A DNA stretch of 64,000 nt from Laetmonice hystrix (taxonomy: Eukaryota): assembly GCA_965235115.1 (NCBI GenBank), contig OZ249451.1:12214001-12278000 (forward strand), in the 5' to 3' direction. This document shows positions 1 through 11,747 of the stretch, in pieces. The notes beneath the pieces are model-generated. The model worked only from the letters and a program-made list of their open reading frames with translations. It had not been told where the DNA came from and searched no databases. Numbering within the stretch: the stretch's first letter is position 1; the number at the start of each line of letters is the position of its first letter. Made by a program: the position numbers and the translations under genes.

Positions 1-105
1 TTGCGCAACAATTCGGTAGATAGTAATGAAACTGTAATTTAGGCGCCGGAATTTCTAGTGGGTGAGGATATCTCCAGTGGGCAGGACCCGTTTATACCTT
101 CATTC

Positions 106-240
106 TCATAACGGATCTAAGATTTCAGGAAAGGGGGTCCACCTTTTGGTGGATAATCAGTGGCCCATTTTCGGGGCCACATAGAACATAGGCAGGAGTT
201 TGGAAAATAAGGGGGCGGGTGTCCCCTGCATCCGCCACTG
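106..240. mobile_element. Degenerate MITE-like element related to the GGATCC-terminal type
   Basis: Right end GCATCCGCCACTG and a degenerate left end ACGGATCTAAGATTTCAGGAAAGGGGG resemble the termini of the 4823-5162 element. Confidence 0.35.
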
Positions 241-988
241 ATGTCAATCCTGCTAGGTGTGGCCATACCTTGGCATGTTGGCTCTACATGTAGAGAATAG
301 TTCTTGGAACTAAACCATCCTACTATTAGGTCTACATGGATGTTTGTTACGGTGTTTGACCATCACACCTGTACGAGAGGCCTACATTCAACTTCCTCCA
401 TTTCAGCAATATGCACTGGCTGATTCAGATTCACGAGAGGGGTATCAACACGATATACCTTTTAATCGTAGTCCCCTTGTGTAAAAACCTTCTGGTATGT
501 AGGCCTCTGCTCTGTCTTCCTGACAGCCGACTATTGTAGGAAGTATACGAATCACGAATTCGGAATTGGAACAGCACACGGTCTATAGAGCTCGCACCGG
601 TTTATTCATTTATCTGGACCAGTGTAACTAAATATCGGAATCCCCTCGTATTTATCTCTTTATTAGATTGTGGAGCAAAAAACAACAGGCGTCAGTTTAC
701 GGACTGCACAGCCACAGGTGTCCTTCAGGATTAAAAAAAACCCAAAGTAGTGACCAAGTGTGACTGGGTAGTGATACCTTAAATATGTCTGGCACAATTA
801 GAAACTTGAATGCATCAAGTTTGAAGTAGATGACGAATGCAATGTTTATCTAAAGGGAAACAAACTATTTGAAGCCAAGTTGGATTGAACAATTAACTAT
901 AGTATGGATTTCAATGTGATTTCTTTGTATTGCTTCCAGTAGGTTATCACCGACGCTTTGACCTTGACGTGTGCTTGACGACCTTGCC

Positions 989-3676
989 ATGGCGTCCAGT
1001 ATTTCGACGAATGCTCTAACCGACAAGACTGTCCTCTACAAGTACCTGTCTCTGGACCAGCCCGAGGACAAGGTCCAAGTCATGTATGTCTGGATCGACG
1101 GTTCCGGGGAACAGCTCCGGTCGAAGACAAGGACGCTGGACGCGGAGCCTCTCTGCCCGCAGGGTGAGCGTGGGCCACAATAGAAAGCTGGAACTTACAA
1201 TTTAACCTTTAGAGCCACCCACACTGTCTAGTTCGTTACAAAGTATTTCATAAAAACGCATTTCAGCCTTAAACATTTTATGACCTTAGACATAAACTTG
1301 AGGAATGAAGACATGCAAACTTTAGGCTTCAAAATTTAAGGCATTTCACCTTCCAAACTTTAGGACTTTAGCTGTACAAACTTTGGAACTCTAGACGGCC
1401 AAACATTGGAACTTTAGGCTTCCAAAATTAAGGTGTTTCGCCTTCCAACTTCAGGACTTTAGCCTTCAACCCCTTAGAACGTTAGAGTGACTTTTGCTAT
1501 CCTAATTTTACGACGTTAATTAGCCTTGCAAACATTAGGAGATCAGAAGTCCGAACTTTAGAACAGACGCTTTCCAAACTTTAGGGTTCCATGCAGCCTT
1601 CAAACCGGGATCATATTTAGCAGTCTCTGTCCACCTCAGATTGTCCCATCTGGAACTTTGATGGATCAAGTACGGGTCAGGCCGACGGTAAGAACTCGGA
1701 CGTTTACCTGAAACCGGTGGCCATCTTCAAGGACCCCTTCCGATTGGGCAAAAACAAACTCGTCCTTTGTGAATGTCTCGATCATGAGAGGAAGCCTGTT
1801 GGTAAGATATTCCCGGAATTGTGTAGTGTTGGCGGATACTGTATCCTTGTACTATAATAAAATCAAGCAACGAAAACAAGGTATTCGACACTGGTGGGAG
1901 ACATTGTCGAAGATTGGGCTCTAAAATGGAAACATGCCCGTGCATTTAAAAAGAAAAATCGCTCACTCACTCTCAGTCATGGCGCCAGGAAAACGCCGAA
2001 CACTAGGACAACTTCCGTTCCAGATTCCAATTTCCGGTACAAGTGCATGGTTGCTATGAATGAAGCTGCGCATGCGCACCCGTGGTTCGGTATCGAGCAG
2101 GAGTACACGTTACTGGACCAGGACAACCGGCCGTTTGGATGGCCCAAAAATGGTTTCCCAGGACCTCAGGGTACGTTAGCCGGGAGACCGGATGTTACCC
2201 CCTCCCCTCCACAAATGGCATCCTTGTCAAGAAATGTATTACTGATTTAGGGCGCGTGTGATTACATTAACTGTTGCGAGGTAGTATACAGTCAGATCTC
2301 GGTAATTCGCTGACTTATTTTAATCTGATCTTAAAGCGACTCCAGAATGACCCTTGTTTTTGAACCCTAGAAATCTATAACAACCTTTGCTGTCTGACCC
2401 GGGATCATGCTGTTGGACCCCATCATATTAATTTATCCCCAGGTCGGTACCACTCTGCGGTAGGCGCCAACAAGGTGTACGGTCGGGCCATCGCCGAGGG
2501 TCACTATCGGACGTGTATGTATGCCGGGATAACCATCGGTGGCACCAACGCCGAGACCATGCCAGCTCAGGTACGGGTCAAGGTCAAGGGCACAGCACAA
2601 GGTCACGTGAAGGGCAATCTTAGGTTCTGGCTACAATCAGTAGTGGGAGTTTCACTATTTCTAACGACCTATCCGTTCTGTTTCAGTGGGAGTTTCACTA
2701 TTTCTAACGACCCCTCAGTTCCGTTTCAGTGGGAGTTTCACTATTCCTAACTAGTCCTCCGTTCCGTTTCAGTGGGAGTTCCAAGTTGGGCCATGTGAGG
2801 GGATAGAGATGGGAGACCAACTCTGGATGGCCCGGTACCTACTCCATCGAGTGGCCGAGGATTTCGGCGTGATCGTTTCCTTCGATCCCAAACCCATGCC
2901 TGGAGACTGGAACGGTGCGGGAGCTCACACCAACTACTCAACCAAGGAGATGAGAGAGGAGGGCGGCATAAAGTGAGTCGAAACATCACCTGGTGGCTTT
3001 GTGGTGTACTAGGGAGTTGAAACAGTTCACGGGATCAACAACAGGGTCTCCTTTAAGGTACAATGTGGGCGACAAAAGTGTCGACCAGTCGGGAGAATTT
3101 GTCGCCCATGTAGGGAAAGATTGAATGACGAGACAAGACGTGTCAATATGTATCTATTAACAAATTAACATTGACTACATTCTGCCTTCACCGGTAACGG
3201 TAGGACAGGATGTACGGAAGTCGGTCAGTTTGTATTGTATATTCTCGGGGACACCAAACTGGGTATCTATTGGTCAGTTTTAATCTCCGTTTATTGACTT
3301 CCGGTTCAGACACATTGAGGAAGCCATTGAGAAGCTCCGCAAACGTCACACCCTCCACCTCTACTACTACGATCCAAAAGGAGGCAAAGACAACGAGCGC
3401 CGTCTGACGGGACTTCACGAAACTAGCAGTATGACGGACTTCTCGGCAGGGGTCGCTAACCGCGGGGCAAGCATCCGTATCCCACGGCCGGTCGGGGAGG
3501 AGGGCAAGGGGTACCTGGAGGACCGGAGACCGGCTTCTAACTGTGATCCCTACCGGGTGACAGAGATCATCGTCCGGTCGACCGTCCTTGGCGAGACCTC
3601 ACTCTTCCCAGAAACAGGCGAGCTAGGCCTAAAAGAGAACATCCCCGTTTCAAAAGTCTGTATCAACGAGGAATAA
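989..3676 (+). CDS. GLUL: Glutamine synthetase II, copy 1 (392 aa, 6 coding exons; variant active-site loop)
   Basis: Exons 989-1163, 1640-1801, 2024-2170, 2443-2570, 2773-2972, 3310-3676. All are GT-AG and phase-compatible, total 1179 nt. GSII motifs: [88 protein letters not shown]. Confidence 0.96.
1310..1600. repeat. Degenerate AACTTTAGG/CTTCCAAA minisatellite in GS intron 1 (paralogous tract about 6390-6700)
   Basis: Recurrent CCTTCCAAACTTTAGG-like units in both GS copies. Confidence 0.6.
2641..2780 (+). repeat. 43-bp tandem repeat containing the GS exon 5 acceptor
   Basis: AG|TGGGAGTT recurs with AG ending at 2643, 2686, 2729 and 2772. CTAAC and a pyrimidine tract precede the last three AGs. 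The paralogous array is at 7991-8089. Confidence 0.9.
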
Positions 3677-4333
3677 TGTTTCTAGATTCATCAATTCAAC
3701 ACAAAAGTGGTCGGATACGCCGCCTTTAGGCCACACGCTCCACTGCTACACAACCTAGATCTATCAGCCTATGTCGCGGTTATACGTGGCTATCATCTGC
3801 CACTGATTTAATCAAACACAAAATTATGATTCGAAGTGCATATTTTCAAAGCATTTGAAACCGTAGGCTTTAGGCTATTTCTTGACCTGAACCAATATGT
3901 TAGATGATAGGGCTATAATAGTAGGCAGTAGTTTATAACAGAAGGTAATTGGGGGCATCTTAATTAATTGCCTCTTATATAACGAGACTAAGCCGTTGCT
4001 TGTTCATTCCCTGTGTATAACGGTATTTTAACAACACCATAGGCCTAGATCCCTATGCTTAATGTGGGAAACGGGAGGCGGCTGAGCCTATAATATATAG
4101 GCTTTTGCTTTTGCTGATCATTTACTTTCCTGTCTAAAATTAATCAGGGATAATATGGGTAGGCCTTATCATATACCTACTACATTAGCAATGTCACCAA
4201 TGTTAGTAGACAATGAAGGTTCTGAGCCTGTTACAACTAATATACAAGTGCAAGTAGCTTTTAAAAAATAGTATATGCCGAGAAATCTAGATCTGTTATG
4301 TAGGTAGATAATATGCCTGTAAAAATCAGTTTT

Positions 4334-4784
4334 GCCGGTCGGGGAGGAGGGCAAGGGGTAGGCCTAGCTGGAGGACTGGAGGCCGGCTTATAACTGTGAT
4401 CCCTCCCGGGTGACGGAGACCGGTGTCCGCCGTAAGTCCGAGCCGCATGACCACTGGTGGCGACACATTGCGGGCAGCATCCGAACTATAGGTACTCCAG
4501 TTGTGAGCCGGACTGAGGATTGACATGTAATCTAGTGGGCCTATACAAGTCTCTATCAATAGGGCCTACGTCTGGTTTATTACATGGACGGACATTAATG
4601 TTTCTATATAATGCATGATTTAGTGAGTGAGAAGGAATCCCCTCGGTGGCTTCTTCTAGAAATGACACTGCATAGAATGTAAGACAATATTACCCTCTCT
4701 CTCTTCATCGAAGAGGCCAACAATAAATACACGTACAACCAGTACACATACAGTCCTAATAGGCTTACATTCATACACATACCG
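4334..4784 (+). pseudogene. Decayed duplicate of the GS terminal exon 3' end plus 3' UTR
   Basis: Aligns by eye to 8829-9310 (and to 3487-3598). It has a 6-nt net insertion creating GGG TAG, a 30-nt deletion of the [10 protein letters not shown] codons, and further UTR homology. Confidence 0.85.
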
Positions 4785-4822
4785 ACGCTTGTTGAAATTT
4801 GGCTCACCATTGACTCCTTGCT

Positions 4823-5162
4823 CACTGGGGGATCCAGGGGGGCCAAGGGGCCCGCCCCCCCTTAAATTTTCCTTTTCCCCGCTTTTTTTTAAAGAAGATG
4901 CATTATTCGGACCCTGAAACCAGTATTCCAACAAAATTCTTTTATAAAAGCCTCCTATATTATACGTGATAGTAACATCGGGCCAAAAGGGGCCTCCTCG
5001 GTTATCCAGGAGCAACATAACTCTGGGCTGTTGCGCATTGAAATAGATCAAAAGGGGCCCAAAATGGCTATAAGCGCAATAAAATCATGCCGAGCGTAGC
5101 GAGGCTAAAAATTTTTCAGGTGCCCCCCCCCCCCCCTTATCAAAATCCTGGATCCCCCACTG
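4823..5162. mobile_element. MITE-like non-autonomous DNA transposon
   Basis: 16-bp TIRs CACTGGGGGATCCAGG / CCTGGATCCCCCACTG (1 mismatch). 6-bp direct repeat CTTGCT at 4817-4822 and 5163-5168. The paralogous site near 9428 has a single CTTGCT (empty site). Confidence 0.85.
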
Positions 5163-5420
5163 CTTGCTCATTGGGATCTTGTGGGGTCATATTATTCTAC
5201 AGTGATTTATTCAGTCCCACTGAAGATATCGGGGCTATTTTCCTTTCTTCAAGGTCATAGGTCAACATTGGCGATGATGAACATCCGGTTCCTGTAGAAC
5301 TGGTCAACTGACACGTGTTCTATCACGGACAAAATATTATTGGCCTAAACCGTCAGATATACTGGTAGCCTTTAATCTTTAATGTCCATTTACAATCACT
5401 CAATCTGGGCCAAATATTTA

Positions 5421-5566
5421 CCCAGAGCCTCAGCCCAAAGCCTCAACCCAAAGCCTCAACCCAAAGCCTCAACCCAGAGCCTCAACCTAAAGCCTCAACC
5501 CAGAGCTTCAACCCAAAGCCTCAACCCAGAGCCTCAGCCCAAAGCCTCAACCCAGAGCCTCAACCC
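5421..5566. repeat. 13-bp minisatellite (CCCA[A/G]AGCCTCAA) x11
   Basis: Directly counted units from 5421. Confidence 0.95.
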
Positions 5567-6062
5567 GGTGCCGCCGGCCAGTCGCACGCGCCAGGCGACC
5601 TACGTTTCGATATTTATTTAAGATTTATTTCTAACTTTCCAAAAGTCGCACTACTATACTACTACTATAACTTATGAACGGCCTGTGAATTCAAGGTGAC
5701 CTTAATATTATCTGCTACTTCTTACAACGAAGTGGTCATTTCGAACATTTTCGAACGCTACCATAGGCGACCACGGTTTGACGAAGACGTTTGGCTGAGT
5801 TTGTGACCGACTTTCACACTTCGATGATCACGGTACTATCTGGGCCAAATATAGGACTACATGTACTTCATTGCTGAAGTCTCGACCGAGCGGATTGGGA
5901 GTTGGAATCCCGGTACAGTCGGCCTCTTTGAGGTGAGTGATACAACTCTGTTGAATATTTCCTCCACAGTAATCTAAATGATCAGAAGTCATCAGTTTTC
6001 ACTTTGATTCCAGTAGGTTCTCACCGACGCTTTGACCTTGACGTGTGCCTAACGACCTTGCC

Positions 6063-8998
6063 ATGACGTCCAGTATTTCGACGAATGCTTTAACCGACAA
6101 GACTGTTCTCTACAAGTACCTGTCTCTGGACCAGCCCGAGGACAAGGTCCAAGTCATGTATGTCTGGATCGACGGTTCCGGGGAACAGCTCCGGTCGAAG
6201 ACAAGGACGCTGGACGCGGAGCCTCTCTGCCCGCAGGGTGAGCATGGGGTCACAATAGAAAGCTGGGACTTACAATTTAACCTTTAGAGCCACCCCCAAT
6301 TTCTAGTTCGTTACAAGGTATTTCATAAAAACGCATTTCAGCCTTAAACATTTTATGACCTTAGACATAAACTTGAGGAATGAAGACATGCCAAACTTTA
6401 GGCTTCGAAACTTAAGGTATTTTACCTTTCAAACTTTAGCCGTACAAACTTTCGAAGTCTAGACATTGGAACTTTGGGCTTCCAAAATTAAGGTGTTTCG
6501 CCTTCTAACTTCAGGACATTAGACTTCCAAACTTTAATATTTTAGTCTTCATCCCCTTAGAACTTTAGAATGACTTTTGCCATCCTAATTTTACGACTTT
6601 AAACTACAAAACCTCAGGATATTAGCCTTGCAAACATTAGGAGATCAGAAGTCCAAACTTTAGGACAGAAGCTTTCCAAACTTTAGGGTTTCATGCAGCC
6701 TTCAAACCGGGATCATATTTAGCAGTCTCTGTCCACCCCAGATTGTCCCATCTGGAACTTTGACGGATCAAGTACGGGTCAGGCCGACGGTAAGAACTCG
6801 GACGTTTACCTGAAACCGGTGGCCATCTTCAGGGACCCCTTCCGATTGGGCAAAAACAAACTCGTCCTTTGTGAATGTCTCGATCATGAGAAGAAGCCTG
6901 TTGGTAAGTTACTCCCAGGAGTGTGTGGTGTTTGGTAAGTTACTCCTAGGAGTGTGTGGTGTTTGGTAAGCTACTCCCAGAAGTGTGTGGTGTTTGGTAA
7001 GTTACTCCTAGGAGGGTGTAGTGTTGGCGGATACTGTATCCTTGTACTATAAGAAAATCAAGGAACGAAGAAAGGTATTCGAAATTGGTGGGAGACATTG
7101 TCGAAGATTGGGCTCTAAAATGACAACAGCTCAAAGTTACTCTGTAAATTTCTCTGTTTGTCAAAATACATACCCCTCCTAAGTCAGACGGTATATCAGT
7201 GAAAAGGAATTCCTGAAACCGACGTCCTAAGACACCAAAGCCTACCTGGATTGTCCTGTGAAGCCAACCACTTATTCCCTCCCTCACTCACCCGCTCAAT
7301 CACTCCCCCACTCACTTACTACTCAATGTCAGTCATGGCGTATGACAACTTCCGTTCCAGATTCCAATTTCCGGTACAAGTGCAAAGATGCTATGAATGA
7401 AGCTGCGCATGCGCACCCGTGGTTCGGTATCGAGCAGGAGTACACGTTACTGGACCAGGACAACCGGCCGTTTGGATGGCCCAAAAACGGTTTCCCAGGA
7501 CCTCAGGGTACGTTAGCCGGGAGACCGGATGTTACCCCCTCCCCTCCACAAATGTGATTACATTAACTGTTGTGAGGTTGTATACAGTCAGATCTCGGTG
7601 CTGACTAATTTTTATATAATGACCCTTGCTGTTGCACCCTAAATCTAATGACCTTTGTTGTGTGAGCTCATTCTGTTTGACCTCATCGTATTAATGTGTT
7701 TCCAGGTCCGTACTACTGTGGGGTAGGCGCCAACAAGGTGTACGGTCGGGCCATCGCCGAGGGTCACTATCGGACGTGTATGTATGCCGGGATAACCATC
7801 AGTGGCACCAACGCTGAGACCATGCCAGCTCAGGTACGGGTCAAGGTCAAGGGCACAGCACAAGGTCACGTGAAGGGCAATCTTAAGTTCTGCCTACAAT
7901 ACTTTAATAACATCCATGCATGTATAAACTGTACCCGATTACTTGTCAAATAAATTCAGTATACTCAGCCCACCCCGCGGTCCGTTTCAGTAGTGGGAGT
8001 TTCACTATTTCTAACGACCCCTCCGTTCCGTTTCAGTAGGAGTTTCACTATTTCTATCACCTGTCGGTTCCTATATTTCAGTGGGAGTTCCAAGTTGGGC
8101 CATGTGAGGGGATAGAGATGGGAGACCAACTGTGGATGGCCCGGTACCTTCTCCATCGAGTGGCCGAGGATTTCGGCGTGATCGTTTCCTTTGATCCCAA
8201 ACCTATGCCTGGAGACTGGAACGGTGCGGGAGCTCACACCAACTACTCAACCAAGGAGATGAGAGAGGAGGGCGGCATAAAGTGAGTCAGGCGACACCTG
8301 GTGGCCTTCTGGTGGGCTCATGTCAGGGAATGGCCGTGACGTCATAGAAATGAGCGATAAGATGCTAAACCTAACCTTTCCCGTTACCTAACACTTATTA
8401 TCGCTCATTTAGTGACGTCACCATTCCCCGACTTGTGCCGACAAAAGTGTCGACCAGTCGGGAAAATCTGTCGCTCAGGCAGAGAAAGATTTAATGAGGA
8501 GATGACAAGGAACAAATTAACATTGACTACATATCCTGTGTAACGGTTACGGTAGGACAGGATGTACGGAAGTCGGTCAGTTTGTATTGTATATTCTCGG
8601 ATACACCAAACTGGGTATCTATTGGTCAGTTTTAATCTCCGTTTATTGACTTCCGGTTCAGACACATTGAGGAAGCCATTGAGAAGCTCCGCAAACGTCA
8701 CACCCTCCACCTCTACTACTACGATCCAAAAGGAGGCAAAGACAATGAGCGCCGCCTGACGGGACTTCACGAAACTAGCAGTATGGCAAACTTCTCGGTA
8801 GGGGTCGCTAATCGCGGGGCAAGCATCCGTATCCCACGGCCGGTCGGGGAGGAGGGCAAGGGGTACCTGGAGGACCGGAGACCGGCTTCTAACTGTGATC
8901 CCTACCGGGTGACAGAGATCATCGTCCGGTCGACCGTCCTTGGCGAGACCGGTCTCCGCCGTAGGTCCGAGTTGCACGATCACTGCATCCCCGAGTAG
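6063..8998 (+). CDS. GLUL: Glutamine synthetase II, copy 2 (382 aa, 6 coding exons; canonical GPYYCG)
   Basis: Exons 6063-6237, 6742-6903, 7361-7507, 7706-7833, 8082-8281, 8662-8998. The first five coding exons match copy 1 in length; total 1149 nt. All GSII motifs are intact. Confidence 0.97.
6901..7024 (+). repeat. 31-bp tandem repeat x4 containing the GS copy 2 exon 2 donor
   Basis: TTG|GTAAG at 6901, 6932, 6963 and 6994; a single unit in copy 1 near 1799. Confidence 0.9.
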
Positions 8999-10456
8999 GT
9001 GGCGACACGTTGCGGGCAGCATCCGAACTATAGGTACTCCAGTTGTGAGCCGGTCTCGGGATTGACATGTAATCTAGTGGGCCTATACAAGTGTCTATCA
9101 ATACGTCTGGTTTATTACATGAACGGACATTAATGTTTCTATATCATGCCTGATTTAGTGAGTGAGAAGGAATCCCCTCGTTGTCTTCTTCTAGAAAGGA
9201 CACTGCATAGAATGATTATTACCCTCTCTCTTCATGGAAGAGGCCAACAATAAATACACGTACAACAAGTACACATACAGTCCTAATAGGCTTACATTCA
9301 TACACATACCGCTGCATACAGTATTGCATACAGATATCGTTAAAGGAAGTAATTGATTTTTTTTTTTGCTTCCCGAGGACAAACATGAGACAGTAAAACT
9401 TGTTGAAATCTCGGTCATCGTTGACACCTTGCTCATGTATCTCGTGGGGTGATTTTATTCAACAGTGATTTATTCAGTCCCACTAAAAATATCTGGGTTA
9501 CTTCCCTTCCTTCAGGGCCATAGGTCAACATTGGCGATTGGTAGTCTGACAAAACATTATAAACCATCATATATAATATTAGCCTTCAATAATGTCCATT
9601 TACAATCACTCACCTGGCCAACTGTTTATAGTTCTAACAGTCATGGCCTTATTTAATATTTTGATACAGTGCGGGGTAGTTCGCTTGTCACGTGACGACG
9701 AGAAATGCGGCTTGGGGGGCCCAAACTGGCGACAGCCAAATTCCGGTTCCGGTTTTTTTAGCCTTGGTACCCATTGAAGAACTTTCCCTCAACTTCAATC
9801 CGTGATAACTCCACATTTATTGTTCTCTTATTAATCAAACTTGCTATAATGAAAGACTCGATAATCGAGTCTGGAAACGTTATATTAACGTCATCCAGTC
9901 TTTCACTGGTTATTCTCGTACTCTGACATTGCTGTGAGATTTGTTGCATGGGCTCAGTCGGTCTACCGCTCGCCCATTATGAGATACACCATGTGTACTC
10001 ATGGGCCATCGTACATAGTGTCACTGAGTGAACGACCAGAGACTGGGCAGGGATCGGTTTGAAGATTGCTTTAATTTTCGTCACGTCGTAAAACTATAAT
10101 CACTCAATCTCATACTCTGTCGGAGCTAGGAGTGAAGCTGGCAAGTCACTGGCCCGAGTAAATCCAGCTACATCTCTACATGGTAAGTTTAAAACTGTTA
10201 TAAGTTATGCCCCTTTCTCCATTAACTCTTTTTTTCGCTCTGTGTAGAGAGGTAACAATAACTAGCGAATCGTTAAAGATTAGTGCGAAGAGGAAACGAT
10301 TGGACATTTAAACACATTCGTATTCCGTAATTCATTTAAATTACATTTGTACACGGAATAACACAATTCACAATTGCATTAAATCCTAAAGGACATTGTT
10401 GATTCGATGATTCAGTTGAGAAGAATCTTGACAGGTATGTACAGTTTTTAAAGATG

Positions 10457-10585
10457 CGGATCCAGTTCGTAAAAAAATAAGATCTTGCTTAAGCTCAACT
10501 CCTTCTGATTGGCTGGTCTGCTTAGACCAGCCAATCAGAAGCGTTATAATCTTAAGCTTAAGCAAGATCTGTTACAAACTGGGGC
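10457..10585. mobile_element. Palindromic (fold-back) MITE-like element
   Basis: Nested inverted repeats: 17 bp perfect (10503-10519/10524-10540), 16 bp perfect (10480-10495/10555-10570) and 11 bp with 1 mismatch (10462-10472/10572-10582). A related half copy is at 38763-38822. Confidence 0.75.
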
Positions 10586-11747
10586 GTAGTGGTCATATTA
10601 CTACAGATCTAACTGTTACATGGAAGTTTAGATATTGTTGTCTCAGCAGAATGATTATTAACGAATACACCCGGCGGGTTTCTTTGGCTCCCTGACTATC
10701 GATTATTCCTGAATAACTTAATAATATTTATGGCGGCTAAGAGGTCATACATGTCATTTAAATTGGGTCATAAATGTGACCATCTTGCGCTGTCAATAGA
10801 CATGGCGCATCCTGCATTCGACACCTTGAGCTTAGCCCAGGCTAAACTGCCGGAAGTTGACCTCAAGGACAACCTTATGAATATTAATTGGGCTCGTTTC
10901 ATTAAGACTGTACGAGCTCGTATATGGCCTTATAGCTCGTAAAGAAGCAAAAACTCGTACATTTTGCTATCATGATCTATGGAAAATAGCCTACTCACCA
11001 CCAACACTAAACGGTAGACCTATTCCCCGTAGGCGTACTAGTTGGGACATGTGTAGCAACTGCGTGATCATGGAGAGCGAAGCTTAGTTTCTCAGTTGAT
11101 TTGTCTTCTATGAAGGTTAAATGAAAAAGAATTGGCCCCCATGCTCCTGCCAAATGCGGGCTAACTCCTTGAGGACCCTAAATCCAAAATGGCCGCCGTC
11201 AGCCATCTTGGATATTATCTTTTCAATGGTTTGGCCTACTGTATGCCTACGAGTAAGACCATTTGCTTGAACGTTATGTTGTCATGTGGGACCTCCTACA
11301 TCCAGGTTTTATAACCGGGACTGAGCTACGTTAGTCTCTATAAAGTCCCCTCGGCGTAATCATGTCAATATGCAGGTCATTATGATACTTTGCCGAATCT
11401 CCGCCGGGCAGACTCAGAATCCACAGACGCTGACGTCGCCAACTCAAATGTCTAAATTCGCCGTCGAGCAACATGTATAAGAAGTTATCGTACGAGTACG
11501 AGGACTACAACGTTCTATAGAATTTCTCTATTTAATAGCAACAGAGAATCAATTACATTTGTAGATGCAAAGGTGCTACATGAGCTTCAAACAAGCATTG
11601 TGGTCCTAATATCTACTTCCGTTTGGTATATGGAATTTTTATTTATGTTGTGCTGCCTTGAAGCGTTAAAAACAGTTCTAATTTTGATTAATTTCTTTTC
11701 AGGTTTGAGTAAGAAATTTCGCCTCACGAGGTGACACACCCGAGAGG

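Noticed and set aside
1310-1600. TTAGG telomere-like sequence in GS intron 1
   Set aside because: TTAGG occurs only as scattered parts of a longer degenerate unit, not as a tandem telomeric tract.
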